A DNA stretch of 64,000 bases from contig CAVAPH010000001.1 in assembly GCA_963590455.1 (NCBI GenBank), positions 4,777-68,776 of the forward strand, in the 5' to 3' direction. The notes under the pieces were generated by a model, which did not search any database, was not told the DNA's origin, and saw nothing but the letters and a program-made list of their open reading frames with translations. Below are positions 47,342 to 56,369 of this stretch, piece after piece; position 1 is the first letter of the stretch, and each line of letters starts with the position of its first letter. A program made the position numbers and the translations under genes. The DNA is from a bacterium. GTDB lineage: Bacteria; Bacillota; Clostridia; Oscillospirales; Oscillospiraceae.

Positions 47342-49084
47342 ATGGAAACAAAACCAAACAGAGCCTGGGTAAAGGATGCGGCGATAGTATTCCTTGTGAT
47401 ACTTCTTGTGCTCACATTCTTCTCCAACACTATTATGAACCACTCTCTGCCGGAGGTCGCCACACAGATGGTCTCCAACGGCACAATAACCGCCAAAGTG
47501 CGCGGCACCGGCACGGTTACGGCAGTCGGCACGCACAAGGTCAAGGCGACGGATTCCATCACCATCGGCAGGGTCCTCGTCAAGTCCGGGCAGGAGGTCA
47601 ACGCCGGTGACGTGCTCTTTGTCCTCGGCGCGGCGGACAGCTCAAAGCTTGAGGAGGCATACGCCACTCTTGAGGATCTGCAGGCCAGCTACGCCCAGCA
47701 GGCCGCCAGCTCTCCCATACTCAGCCAGTTTGTTGAAGAACAGAATGCGGTTGAACAGGCATATCAGGACTACGAGGATGCAGAGGATGCATACAATACG
47801 GCTAAAGCAGAGGAAACAAGCGCTGCATCATCAGCTGAAGTTAAGAAGCTGCTGCAGCAGAAGTCCGATACGGAGACTGCTTTGACGACGGCAACGCAGG
47901 AGCTCGACAGAGAGAAACTTGAACTGAGCTCAATAGAAGCTGCGCTTGCAGGTGCAAAAAGCACGTATACTACACTCTACACACAGTACTTGCAGCAGAA
48001 CAATGACGCGGCAGCTCCGGCTGAAAATCCGGGTGATGCTGCTAATAACGAATCTGGTGATGGAGCAAAGCAAGATGAAAGCAAGTCTCAAACTGTCAAA
48101 ACCGTCACTAAGGAAGAGGTAGACCAGGCAGAGCAAAAAGTTAAAGAGCTTGAGCAGCAGAAAAGCGATAAAGAAGCTGAATTGGTAGACGGAGTTACCA
48201 GAGTACAGTATATCAGCAACAAGCAGTATGAGGTAGACACACTCACGCAGAAGCTCACAGCGATAAACACACAGCTTACGGCTCTCGGTGGAAATGCGTC
48301 GAATGTTGATGCTTTAGAGAGAGCCATGAATACAGCATATAATAATTATCTGGCTAAACAGGAAGCTCTGAACAACAAGCTCGCAAGTCAGAACCAGTCT
48401 GTTGCGTCTTCTTCTGCCAGCCTTACTGCCATATCCAACAAGATCAAGCGCCAGCAGGAGAAGATAAAGAAGCTCTCCGGCGAGGGTGACTCCAACACCA
48501 TCACGGCGAACGTCTCCGGTACCGTCACCGAGGTCAACTGCACGGCGGGAGACAGCATGATCAAGGACGATATCCTCTGCGCCATCGAGGTGCCGGATCA
48601 GGGCTACACCGTCAGCTTCTCCGTCACGAACGATCAGGCAAAGCGTCTGCACGTCGGCGACACGGCGACAATCAGCAACTATTACTGGGGCAACGAGATA
48701 GTCGCAACCCTCTCAAGCATACAGACTGATAAGAAAAAGCCCATGACCAACAAGACGCTGACCTTTAACCTTGAGGGCGACGTCACCTCCGGCTCGGAGC
48801 TTACTATCTCCGTCGGCCAGAAGAGCGCAAACTATGATACCATCATACCCAACAGCGCCATCCGCTCCGACTCCAACGGCAGCTTCGTCCTTGCGGTCAC
48901 GGCGAAGAACTCACCTCTCGGCAACCGCTATATTGCAAAGCGCGTCAAGATAGAGGTGCTCGCGCAGGATGACAACAATGCCGCAGTCACCGCGGATCTC
49001 TCCAACGGCGATTACGTCATCACCACATCCTCCGCACCTATTTCCAGCGGCGACATGGTTCGCCTTGCGGACAGTGAGAAGTAA
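47342..49084 (+). CDS. HlyD/membrane-fusion-protein family periplasmic adaptor with a very long coiled coil
   Basis: Start moved to ATG 47342. N-terminal TM anchor. Lipoyl-like hairpin halves (TITAKVRGTGTV..GQEVNAGDVLFVL and ITANVSGTVTEVNCTAGDSMIKDDILCAI) are separated by about 300 aa of heptad-rich sequence. C-terminal beta-barrel-like region. Confidence 0.75.
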   Translation: METKPNRAWVKDAAIVFLVILLVLTFFSNTIMNHSLPEVATQMVSNGTITAKVRGTGTVTAVGTHKVKATDSITIGRVLVKSGQEVNAGDVLFVLGAADSSKLEEAYATLEDLQASYAQQAASSPILSQFVEEQNAVEQAYQDYEDAEDAYNTAKAEETSAASSAEVKKLLQQKSDTETALTTATQELDREKLELSSIEAALAGAKSTYTTLYTQYLQQNNDAAAPAENPGDAANNESGDGAKQDESKSQTVKTVTKEEVDQAEQKVKELEQQKSDKEAELVDGVTRVQYISNKQYEVDTLTQKLTAINTQLTALGGNASNVDALERAMNTAYNNYLAKQEALNNKLASQNQSVASSSASLTAISNKIKRQQEKIKKLSGEGDSNTITANVSGTVTEVNCTAGDSMIKDDILCAIEVPDQGYTVSFSVTNDQAKRLHVGDTATISNYYWGNEIVATLSSIQTDKKKPMTNKTLTFNLEGDVTSGSELTISVGQKSANYDTIIPNSAIRSDSNGSFVLAVTAKNSPLGNRYIAKRVKIEVLAQDDNNAAVTADLSNGDYVITTSSAPISSGDMVRLADSEK

Positions 49085-49141
49085 ATAGAATTATGACTCG
49101 GGAGCCACCGTAATTCGCGGTGGCTCCGACAGAAAAGAAGT

Positions 49142-50539
49142 ATGAAGAAGATAGTCCGTAAACTCGGAATCAAAAAGATAATATTATACTCCGTTGAGCT
49201 TCTTATGGTGCTTGTCGCAATAGGCAGCTTTATCGGCATTCACGCACTCTCCGAGCTGCTGCCAAGTCAGCTTGCGGCGGAGCGCTGGCAGGGGACGAGC
49301 GATAAAAAATACGCCCAGGTCAGCTGCTTCCTCACGCTTGACGGAAAGGTCAGCAAAAACCAGATCGGCAGCTTCCGCGAGGAGATGGCGAAAAAGCTCA
49401 AGGAGGCGGCACTGACCATAGACAATACGGACGTGCTCACGTCGGATGCGTGGAGCTGCGTCAACAAGGTCAGCGTGCAGAGCTCTCTCGGCAGCGGCAC
49501 GGTGCAGGCCACGGCAGTCGGCGGAAATTATTTCGACTTCCACCCGATAACACTGCTCAGCGGCAACTATATCACCGACTCCGACCTGATGCAGGACCGC
49601 GCTCTGCTCGACGAGGACACGGCGTGGCTGCTCTTCGGCTCGACGGATATTCAGGGGCTGACATTTAAGATAAACGGCGCTACCTTCACCGTCGCCGGCG
49701 TTATAGAGCGCGAGCAGGATTTTGCCTCAAAGCTCGCCTATAAGGACGGCATGGGCATATTTATCTCATATGACGCGTGGGAGGATCTTGTCAACGGCAC
49801 GGGCATAGCTGAAAACGTCGTCACTGCCGAATCAAGCGACACGTCGTCAAGCTCAAGCTCCGGCACGTCTTCAAGCTCCACCGGCAGCCTCGGCGGCATA
49901 CAGTGCTATGAGGTCGTTATGGCGGAGGCTGTCACCGGCTTTGCAAAGAACGTCGTAAAGGACAAGTTCCCGATAGGTCAGGGCGAGATCGTCTGCAACT
50001 CCACGCGCTACACATACTCGAATCTCTGGAGCCTGCTCAAGAGCTCCGGCACGCGCTCTATAATATCCCACGGCGTAATGTACCCGTACTGGGAGAACGC
50101 CGCCCGTGTGGTGGAGGACAGAGCGGTGCTGCTGCTCGCCGTGGCTATTCTCTCGCTCATTCTCCCCGGCGTCACCGGTCTGGTGCATATTATAAAATAC
50201 GCGATTATCGGCAAACGCAAGCTCGCCGATGAGCTTATCCCCCGCTGGAAGGACAGAGCCGAGGAGGCTATCCGTTCGCGTGAGCGCAAACAGTGGCTCA
50301 GACACCATGTTGTCAGAAGGCGCCGCGGCTCAAACTACGGCGATGAGGACGAGATCGGCATGTCCGCGCCCGCCGAGCCCGCAAGTATTCCGGATAACAC
50401 GCCGGATAATACGCCCGATGAGAGCGATGAGAGCAATACGGACGAGCATGAGAGCGAGAGCGAAGCCGAGGCAGAGAATAAAAATAATAAAAAATCCGAT
50501 GAATCCTTCGACTCGCTTTTCGACGATGACGATGATTAA
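49142..50539 (+). CDS. MacB-periplasmic-core-domain protein lacking the FtsX permease domain (half-MacB), with an acidic disordered tail
   Basis: TM1, then a MacB_PCD-like region (ATAVGGNYFDFHPITLLSGNYITDSDL..ALLDEDTAWLLFG..TFKINGATFTVAGVIE), a Ser-rich linker, one more TM, then RRRR and a D/E-rich tail ending FDSLFDDDDD. I see no TM3/TM4. Confidence 0.65.
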   Translation: MKKIVRKLGIKKIILYSVELLMVLVAIGSFIGIHALSELLPSQLAAERWQGTSDKKYAQVSCFLTLDGKVSKNQIGSFREEMAKKLKEAALTIDNTDVLTSDAWSCVNKVSVQSSLGSGTVQATAVGGNYFDFHPITLLSGNYITDSDLMQDRALLDEDTAWLLFGSTDIQGLTFKINGATFTVAGVIEREQDFASKLAYKDGMGIFISYDAWEDLVNGTGIAENVVTAESSDTSSSSSSGTSSSSTGSLGGIQCYEVVMAEAVTGFAKNVVKDKFPIGQGEIVCNSTRYTYSNLWSLLKSSGTRSIISHGVMYPYWENAARVVEDRAVLLLAVAILSLILPGVTGLVHIIKYAIIGKRKLADELIPRWKDRAEEAIRSRERKQWLRHHVVRRRRGSNYGDEDEIGMSAPAEPASIPDNTPDNTPDESDESNTDEHESESEAEAENKNNKKSDESFDSLFDDDDD

Positions 50540-50590
50540 AAATGATCCGGAGCACTTGAGTGCTCCGGATTTTATAATAATTATTATAAA

Positions 50591-51268
50591 TTATATCTGG
50601 TGTATGAGATTTGCCTTTGCGCGGGGCTTCGGATATGCGATGAGATACGCAACGATGCACAGCGGGAGGGACGCGACCACGTCTATGACAGAGTGCTGCT
50701 TCATGAACACCGTGGAGATGCTTATCAGTATGCAGCACGCCACGTTGACAATGCGCCAGCCTGTGCTTGAGAATCGCGGCGTATACCACAGCGCGTACAT
50801 AGCTGCAAACGAGCCGATCACGTGCAGCGAGGGGCAGACGTTCGTGTCCGTGTCGAAGGTATAGAATAACGCTATGAACTGCGTGAGTATGTTGTCGCGC
50901 TCAAAGCTTGTAGGCCGCAGGTGCTGGCAGTTCGGGAAGACGAGGTATACAAGCAGCGTCGCCGAATAGCTGATGATTATAAACCACATCATCTTTCTGA
51001 AGTTTGCCACATCGCAGAGAAAGACGTATACAACCGCGCCCGTCAGGTAGACAAACCAGAACAGATACGGGATAAGAAACCACTCGCAAAACGGAATCAT
51101 ATCATCAAGCGCGCAGTGAACAACGAGATAGGCGGCCGGATGATAAACCCGTTCGACGAAGAAAAACATAAGCCCGTATATCGGCCAGTAGAGCAGCAGC
51201 TTGAAATGACTGTACTCCGGTGTTCCGAGCTTGTCAAATGAAAAATTACGCAGATCGGTCTTGTTCAT
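50591..51268 (-). CDS. PAP2-superfamily membrane protein (PAP2_3 / phosphatidyl-transfer type)
   Basis: 225 aa, 6 TM. CPSLHV and KQHSVIDV resemble the PAP2 C2/C3 motifs. Overlaps the upstream glycosyltransferase gene by 23 nt. Confidence 0.6.
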   Translation of the reverse strand: MNKTDLRNFSFDKLGTPEYSHFKLLLYWPIYGLMFFFVERVYHPAAYLVVHCALDDMIPFCEWFLIPYLFWFVYLTGAVVYVFLCDVANFRKMMWFIIISYSATLLVYLVFPNCQHLRPTSFERDNILTQFIALFYTFDTDTNVCPSLHVIGSFAAMYALWYTPRFSSTGWRIVNVACCILISISTVFMKQHSVIDVVASLPLCIVAYLIAYPKPRAKANLIHQI

Positions 51269-52376
51269 GATTATCCATCACCTTGTAAATACATTCTGCC
51301 GGTGTCTCCGTGCCGGTACCTCTGAGCGCCGCGGACATCTCACTGCGCCGCTGAGCGTCATTTATGAGCTCTATCGCAGCCGCTGCAAGTCCGTCGGGCG
51401 TGTCGGCAGTTACCGCGCCGCCGCAGCCGGTGAAATATTCTAAATTGTGAGATTCGCAGCCCGCAACCGCATCGACAAGCACCATCGGCAGGCCCATAGC
51501 TGCGGCCTCCGTCGTGCTCAATCCGCCGGGCTTTGTTATATACACATCTGCCGAGCGCATGTAAAGCGGCATGTTGCTGACCTTCGCCTCAATGTGCACG
51601 TGGGGATTCATATAAAACGCATCGTAGAGCTGCTCGTGGAGCTTCTCGTTGCTGCCGCATATTACGGTCAGCTCCGCATCAACCGGCAGCAGTGCGGAGA
51701 GCTTTTCGGTCAGCTCCGCCATCGGCCCGCAGCCCATGCTGCCGCACATCATGAGAATGTGGCTGTGCTCATGCGGAATGCCGAGCATACGCTTTGCCGC
51801 GTCCCTGTCGCCCTCGGTGTAGAACTGCGCCCTTGCGGGAAGACCGCTTGCGATGATTTTTTCCGCAGGCACGCCGCAGTATTCAAACTCCTCGCGAAGC
51901 GCCTCCGCCGGAATGAAGTAATATTGCAGAGCCGAGTCCGCCGTGCCGGGGGAGCAGGTGTAGTCCGTTGCGACGAAAGCCGTCTTGATCGGCAGGTGAT
52001 GCTTCTCCATCATCGCGGTCAGTGCGAGCGCTGCGAATATGTGCGTGCAGATGACGCAGTCATAGCCGCCTTTGCGGATGTATTTATACAACCTTTCAGA
52101 CCCCGAAGTCAAGTACTCATATATTAAAGTATCCTTCTGGAACGGGGAAGCGTGCTTTTCCACCTCGTCGTAGCCGCTTTTGAACAGCCGCGGGAGGTGC
52201 CGGTATATGCGCACATGCCAGTTGCATATGAACTTGGATGCCTTTTTAGAGATAAACGAGAGCGAGTCCGTTATGTCGCAGGGCACGCCGTGTGCCTCGA
52301 AGCACTCCTTGAGCGCCCTTGCGCAGGAGTTATGCCCCTCGCCTGTGTTGGCGCTGAGTATGAGGGTACGCTTCAT
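51246..52376 (-). CDS. Diacylglycerol glycosyltransferase (MGDG-synthase/UgtP-like, GT28 family)
   Basis: MKRTLILSANTGEGHNSCARAL N-terminus typical of MGDG_synth-domain proteins. C-terminal GT-B motif ITKPGGLSTTEAAAMGLPMV. Confidence 0.8.
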   Translation of the reverse strand: MKRTLILSANTGEGHNSCARALKECFEAHGVPCDITDSLSFISKKASKFICNWHVRIYRHLPRLFKSGYDEVEKHASPFQKDTLIYEYLTSGSERLYKYIRKGGYDCVICTHIFAALALTAMMEKHHLPIKTAFVATDYTCSPGTADSALQYYFIPAEALREEFEYCGVPAEKIIASGLPARAQFYTEGDRDAAKRMLGIPHEHSHILMMCGSMGCGPMAELTEKLSALLPVDAELTVICGSNEKLHEQLYDAFYMNPHVHIEAKVSNMPLYMRSADVYITKPGGLSTTEAAAMGLPMVLVDAVAGCESHNLEYFTGCGGAVTADTPDGLAAAAIELINDAQRRSEMSAALRGTGTETPAECIYKVMDNHEQDRSA

Positions 52377-52861
52377 TTGCCACCTCCGCTGCGTCTGCTG
52401 CGGTGATCAGCGAGTCTTTGCAGCCGCGGGCGGTTGTAGCGCTGAATAATAATAAACGGCAGGTTGCCGAAGAGAACATATACCGCGGCGATGATTATAC
52501 CGCCGACGCCCGGCCATATGAACGGGAACGCGACAGCGCACACGCACAGCAGTACATGTGTCAGCTCCGCAACGCAGGTCTCCTGCAGCATGCGCGGCAG
52601 ATCCGCGAGCGTGTCGGACGTTATGCGCTTTTCCGGCATGATGCGCTTGAAAATGCGGCTCATATCCGGAACCTTGCTCTGCCAGTCCTTCACGCGCAGA
52701 AGCTTGTGCAGCTTTGCCTCTTTTTCGTGGCACTTAAACGGAAACGCATCGCTGCGAAACCACGTCTTCGGAACAAGCCGCCCTATTACGAAGGACAGCA
52801 CGCCCAGAGCCGCCGCGTATATAAGGCAGCCGATAAAGCCTGATATTTTTCTCTTTTTCAT
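52373..52861 (-). CDS. CrtO-like membrane acyltransferase (glycosyl-4,4'-diaponeurosporenoate acyltransferase family)
   Basis: Start moved to ATG 52861 (GAGG upstream); the track start 52873 is a TTG. ETCVAELTHV and IIQRYNRPRL match the S. aureus CrtO motifs E..AEL.HW and VQRYNRPRL as I remember them. ATGA overlap with the glycosyltransferase gene. Confidence 0.6.
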   Translation of the reverse strand: MKKRKISGFIGCLIYAAALGVLSFVIGRLVPKTWFRSDAFPFKCHEKEAKLHKLLRVKDWQSKVPDMSRIFKRIMPEKRITSDTLADLPRMLQETCVAELTHVLLCVCAVAFPFIWPGVGGIIIAAVYVLFGNLPFIIIQRYNRPRLQRLADHRSRRSGGGK

Positions 52862-53082
52862 ATTTTTCCTCAACTAAGCTCTCTTGTTAAAAATATATTT
52901 TCCCAACAAATAATCTAACATCATATTAGCAACGCTGCGTCAACCTAATATCAACGTTTCGTGAACTTTGGTTGAAATGAGGTTTATTTTGGCAGATTAT
53001 AATGAAATCCTAAAGAAATATTAATAATCCGGCATTATTCCCGGAATAAAATGCGTAATTAAATATACAGGGAGGAGAAACG

Positions 53083-54609
53083 ATGAGAAGAACGATAAGA
53101 AGAATAATATCCGTCCTGCCCGCCGTGGCAATACAGGTAGCGCTGCTTCTGGTGCTGATGAAGTGGCTGTCGAGCTATGCGGCGATTATAAACTTCGTAT
53201 TGTCTCTGCTCTCCATCGTGCTGGTATTATATATTATTATCAAGCGCGACGAGGCGGCATACAGAACGCTGTGGCTGATGGTTATTCTCCCGTTTCCCGC
53301 TGCAGGTGTGCTGCTGTATCTCCTCTTCGGCAACAAGCGCACTGCCCGTCCGCTTCAGCACCGGCTTGCCGCCTCCTTGCCGAAAAAGGAGAATGCCGAG
53401 GAGAGCAACACAGACATAGTCTGCAATCTCCGCGCCGAGGAGCCGCGCCTTGCCCAGACCTTCATGTATATCCAGAAAAAGAGCGGCTGCCCCGTCCTTG
53501 CAAACGAGAGCGCTAAATATTACGCCCTCGGTGATGATATGTTCCCGGACATGCTCGAGGATCTGCGCCATGCGGAAAAATATATCTATATCGAGTATTT
53601 TATAATTCAGCACGGAGTGATGCTTGACTCTATCTTGGACATTCTCAAGCAGAAGAACTCCGAGGGCGTCGACGTGCGCATTATCTACGATGATCTCGGC
53701 AGTATTTCCACGTTTTCCGCCGATGACCGCCGCGAGCTGCGTGAGTCGGGCATAAGATGCATTGCGTTCAACCCCATGTATGCCATCGGCGGCACGCTCA
53801 ACTACCGTGACCACAGAAAAATAATGGCAATCGACGGGAAGGTCGCATACACGGGCGGCGTGAATCTTGCGGACGAGTATATAAACCAGAAGGAGCGCTT
53901 CGGCAAGTGGAAGGATATAGGCTTCCGCATAACAGGGGAGAGCGCCAGGGTCTTTGCCGCCCTCTTTGAAATATTCTGGAACGCCTTCTCCGAGTGGCAG
54001 CCGGAGAGGATAGAGCTGCCTGAGGATGAGAAAATACAGTGCCTCCCCGCACCGGAGAAATCAGACGGCTATGTCCTGACCTACAGCGACTCGCCCATAT
54101 ATTCAGAGGCGGTAAGCTATAATCTCTATATAGACATACTCTCGCAGGCGCGCGATTACGTCTGGTTTTATACGCCGTATTTCACACCCGGAGATGAGCT
54201 GCAGGCGGCGTTTATCCGCGCGGCGGAGCGCGGCGTCGATGTGCGCGTGATACTCCCCGGCATACCGGACAAGAAAATTATCTACAGGCTTTCGCACAGC
54301 TACTGTCAGGCACTGCTTGAGGCGGGCGTTAAGATATACGAGTATACACCCGGCTTCCTGCACGCCAAGGCCTGCATTGCGGACGATGTTCTCGGCACCG
54401 TCGGCACGGTAAATCTCGATTACCGCAGTCTTTTCCTGCACTTTGAGAACAACACGCTTTTTTATAAGGCCTCGCTTCTCGGCGATCTGAAAAAGGATTT
54501 TATAAGCACCCTCTCCGAGTGCCGTGAGCTCAAGCCCTACGACAGAAAAAAATATCTGCGCCGCGGAATAGTGGACGGTCTGCTCCGTGTCTTTGCCCCG
54601 CTGTGCTGA
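53083..54609 (+). CDS. cls: Cardiolipin synthase
   Basis: Two N-terminal TMs and two HKD motifs: HRKIMAIDGKVAYTGGVNLADEY and LHAKACIADDVLGTVGTVNLDYRS. Confidence 0.9.
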   Translation: MRRTIRRIISVLPAVAIQVALLLVLMKWLSSYAAIINFVLSLLSIVLVLYIIIKRDEAAYRTLWLMVILPFPAAGVLLYLLFGNKRTARPLQHRLAASLPKKENAEESNTDIVCNLRAEEPRLAQTFMYIQKKSGCPVLANESAKYYALGDDMFPDMLEDLRHAEKYIYIEYFIIQHGVMLDSILDILKQKNSEGVDVRIIYDDLGSISTFSADDRRELRESGIRCIAFNPMYAIGGTLNYRDHRKIMAIDGKVAYTGGVNLADEYINQKERFGKWKDIGFRITGESARVFAALFEIFWNAFSEWQPERIELPEDEKIQCLPAPEKSDGYVLTYSDSPIYSEAVSYNLYIDILSQARDYVWFYTPYFTPGDELQAAFIRAAERGVDVRVILPGIPDKKIIYRLSHSYCQALLEAGVKIYEYTPGFLHAKACIADDVLGTVGTVNLDYRSLFLHFENNTLFYKASLLGDLKKDFISTLSECRELKPYDRKKYLRRGIVDGLLRVFAPLC

Positions 54610-54638
54610 GAATTACGAGAAAAATATATAATTCGCAT

Positions 54639-54671
54639 AAACGGTCGAGCATATCGGCCGTTTATATTTTT
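54639..54671 (+). terminator. Rho-independent terminator after cls
   Basis: 10-bp stem AAACGGTCGA / TCGGCCGTTT (one G-U pair) followed by a T-rich run. Confidence 0.7.
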
Positions 54672-54672
54672 C

Positions 54673-54701
54673 TTGATAAAAAAAGGCTCATGGCGTATAA
54701 T
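54673..54701 (+). promoter_or_regulatory. Sigma-70-type promoter of the GT-C/GT2/GtrA operon
   Basis: TTGATA (54673-54678), 17 nt, TATAAT (54696-54701). Confidence 0.65.
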
Positions 54702-54747
54702 AACATGAATTATTTTGTGCCATGACAGGCCATGATAGGAATATGCC

Positions 54748-56328
54748 ATGAAAAGCTGGATAAAAAAATACGCGGCGTTAATACTGTCGCTGGTGATAAT
54801 AAGCGGGGTCTGCTTTCTCTTCGGCAGCCGCAAGGAGGGTATGTTTATCGATGAGATATACACCTACGGCCTTGCAAACAGCTATTATGCGCCATATGTG
54901 ACGGATCTCAAGGACGGCGACCTTATCGACAAGGTCATAACGCGCGATGAGCTTTATGACTATCTCTCCGTCGACGATGACGACAGATTTGCCGCCGGAT
55001 CTGTATATTACAATCAGACGCAGGATGTCCACCCGCCGCTGTATTACTGGCTGCTGAACTTCTTCTCGTCGCTCTGCCCCGGGGAGTTCTCGATGTGGAT
55101 CGGCCTCGGACTTAACTATTTTATATATATCGCGGCGCTGCTTTTGCTCTATAAGCTCGTAATGCTGCTCTTTGACAGCCGATTGAACGCCGTGGCGGCG
55201 GTGCTGCTCTACGGCTTGAGCACCATTGGCCTCTCCACGATGCTGATGATACGCATGTATGTGCTGCTCATGTTCTTCACCGTGCTGCTGGGCTATCTCA
55301 TTGCAGAGCTGATGTGCAAAAAGCGCACCCTGCTCTATCCGCTCATAGGCCTCACGATTTTCCTCGGGCTTATGACGCAGTATTACTTCGTCTTCTACGC
55401 CTTCTTCGTCTGCCTTGCCTATGATATCTACGCACTGATAAAGAAGGATTACCGCGGCTTTGTGATGTTCTCGCTGGCGGCACTGTGCGGCGCCGTGTGC
55501 CTGATTCCGGCATTCCCTGCCTGCCTTGATCAGCTCTTCGCGGATAAGCTGGTCTCCGGCGGCAACGCTGTTGAAAATCTCACCACGGTCTCGCAGTATT
55601 CCGAGCGCATAGGCACGTTTGTCAGCGACTCGCGCCACCGCATGAAGGCAATTGTCTACACCGCAATCGTGCTTGTGCTCGCGGGGCTCATCTGCTGCAA
55701 AAAGATTTCCGCCGCCGTGCGTGAAAAGCGCGTGCACTTTGATTCGCTCGTGCTGATAATCCCGGCGTTTGTCTGCTTCTTCCTCATCGCCGTCATTGCG
55801 CCGGTTACGGAGATAAGATATATATATAATCTCGTCCCCATGCTGGTTCTCGCGGTCAGCTTCCTGCTGCACCTTGTCGAGCAGGGCGATATTGAGCACA
55901 GCGGCAAACGCGGCGTGCAGGATGCGCTCGCAATTATAATACTCGTCCTCTGCCTCTGGGAGGCGCGCTGCATTGCGCCGGATTATCTCTACGATGAGTA
56001 CAGCGATTATGATGAAATGCTGCAGGCGCACAGCAGCTCACCCTGCGTATATATAGACAACAACTATTTCTCACCCATAACCTATGACATGCTGCAGCTG
56101 ATGAACTTTGACGAGTTCTTTGTCACGAACGACACCTCATCCGAGGCAATGATTGATTATATAGGCGACGCGAAAGAAATGGTGGTGTTTATTGATATAA
56201 GCAAGCAGTGGTCCAGCGGCTATGACGCAAAAGAAGTCGTCGCCGAGCTTGAAGAGAGCACGGGATTTACCAAGGCGCAGTCGCTCTACAGCAACGGCTT
56301 CTCCGCCGTGTATCTTCTCAAGAATTAA
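54748..56328 (+). CDS. GT-C fold glycosyltransferase (GT39/ArnT/PMT_2-like, polyprenyl-phosphate-sugar dependent)
   Basis: 526 aa, about 11 TM. First-loop DE motif (FIDEIYTYGLAN) and QDVHPPLYYWLL, typical of ArnT-like enzymes. Confidence 0.75.
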   Translation: MKSWIKKYAALILSLVIISGVCFLFGSRKEGMFIDEIYTYGLANSYYAPYVTDLKDGDLIDKVITRDELYDYLSVDDDDRFAAGSVYYNQTQDVHPPLYYWLLNFFSSLCPGEFSMWIGLGLNYFIYIAALLLLYKLVMLLFDSRLNAVAAVLLYGLSTIGLSTMLMIRMYVLLMFFTVLLGYLIAELMCKKRTLLYPLIGLTIFLGLMTQYYFVFYAFFVCLAYDIYALIKKDYRGFVMFSLAALCGAVCLIPAFPACLDQLFADKLVSGGNAVENLTTVSQYSERIGTFVSDSRHRMKAIVYTAIVLVLAGLICCKKISAAVREKRVHFDSLVLIIPAFVCFFLIAVIAPVTEIRYIYNLVPMLVLAVSFLLHLVEQGDIEHSGKRGVQDALAIIILVLCLWEARCIAPDYLYDEYSDYDEMLQAHSSSPCVYIDNNYFSPITYDMLQLMNFDEFFVTNDTSSEAMIDYIGDAKEMVVFIDISKQWSSGYDAKEVVAELEESTGFTKAQSLYSNGFSAVYLLKN

Positions 56329-56369
56329 TTTATATATTTTATATTAGAATTATAGGAGGAAATGCGTAA

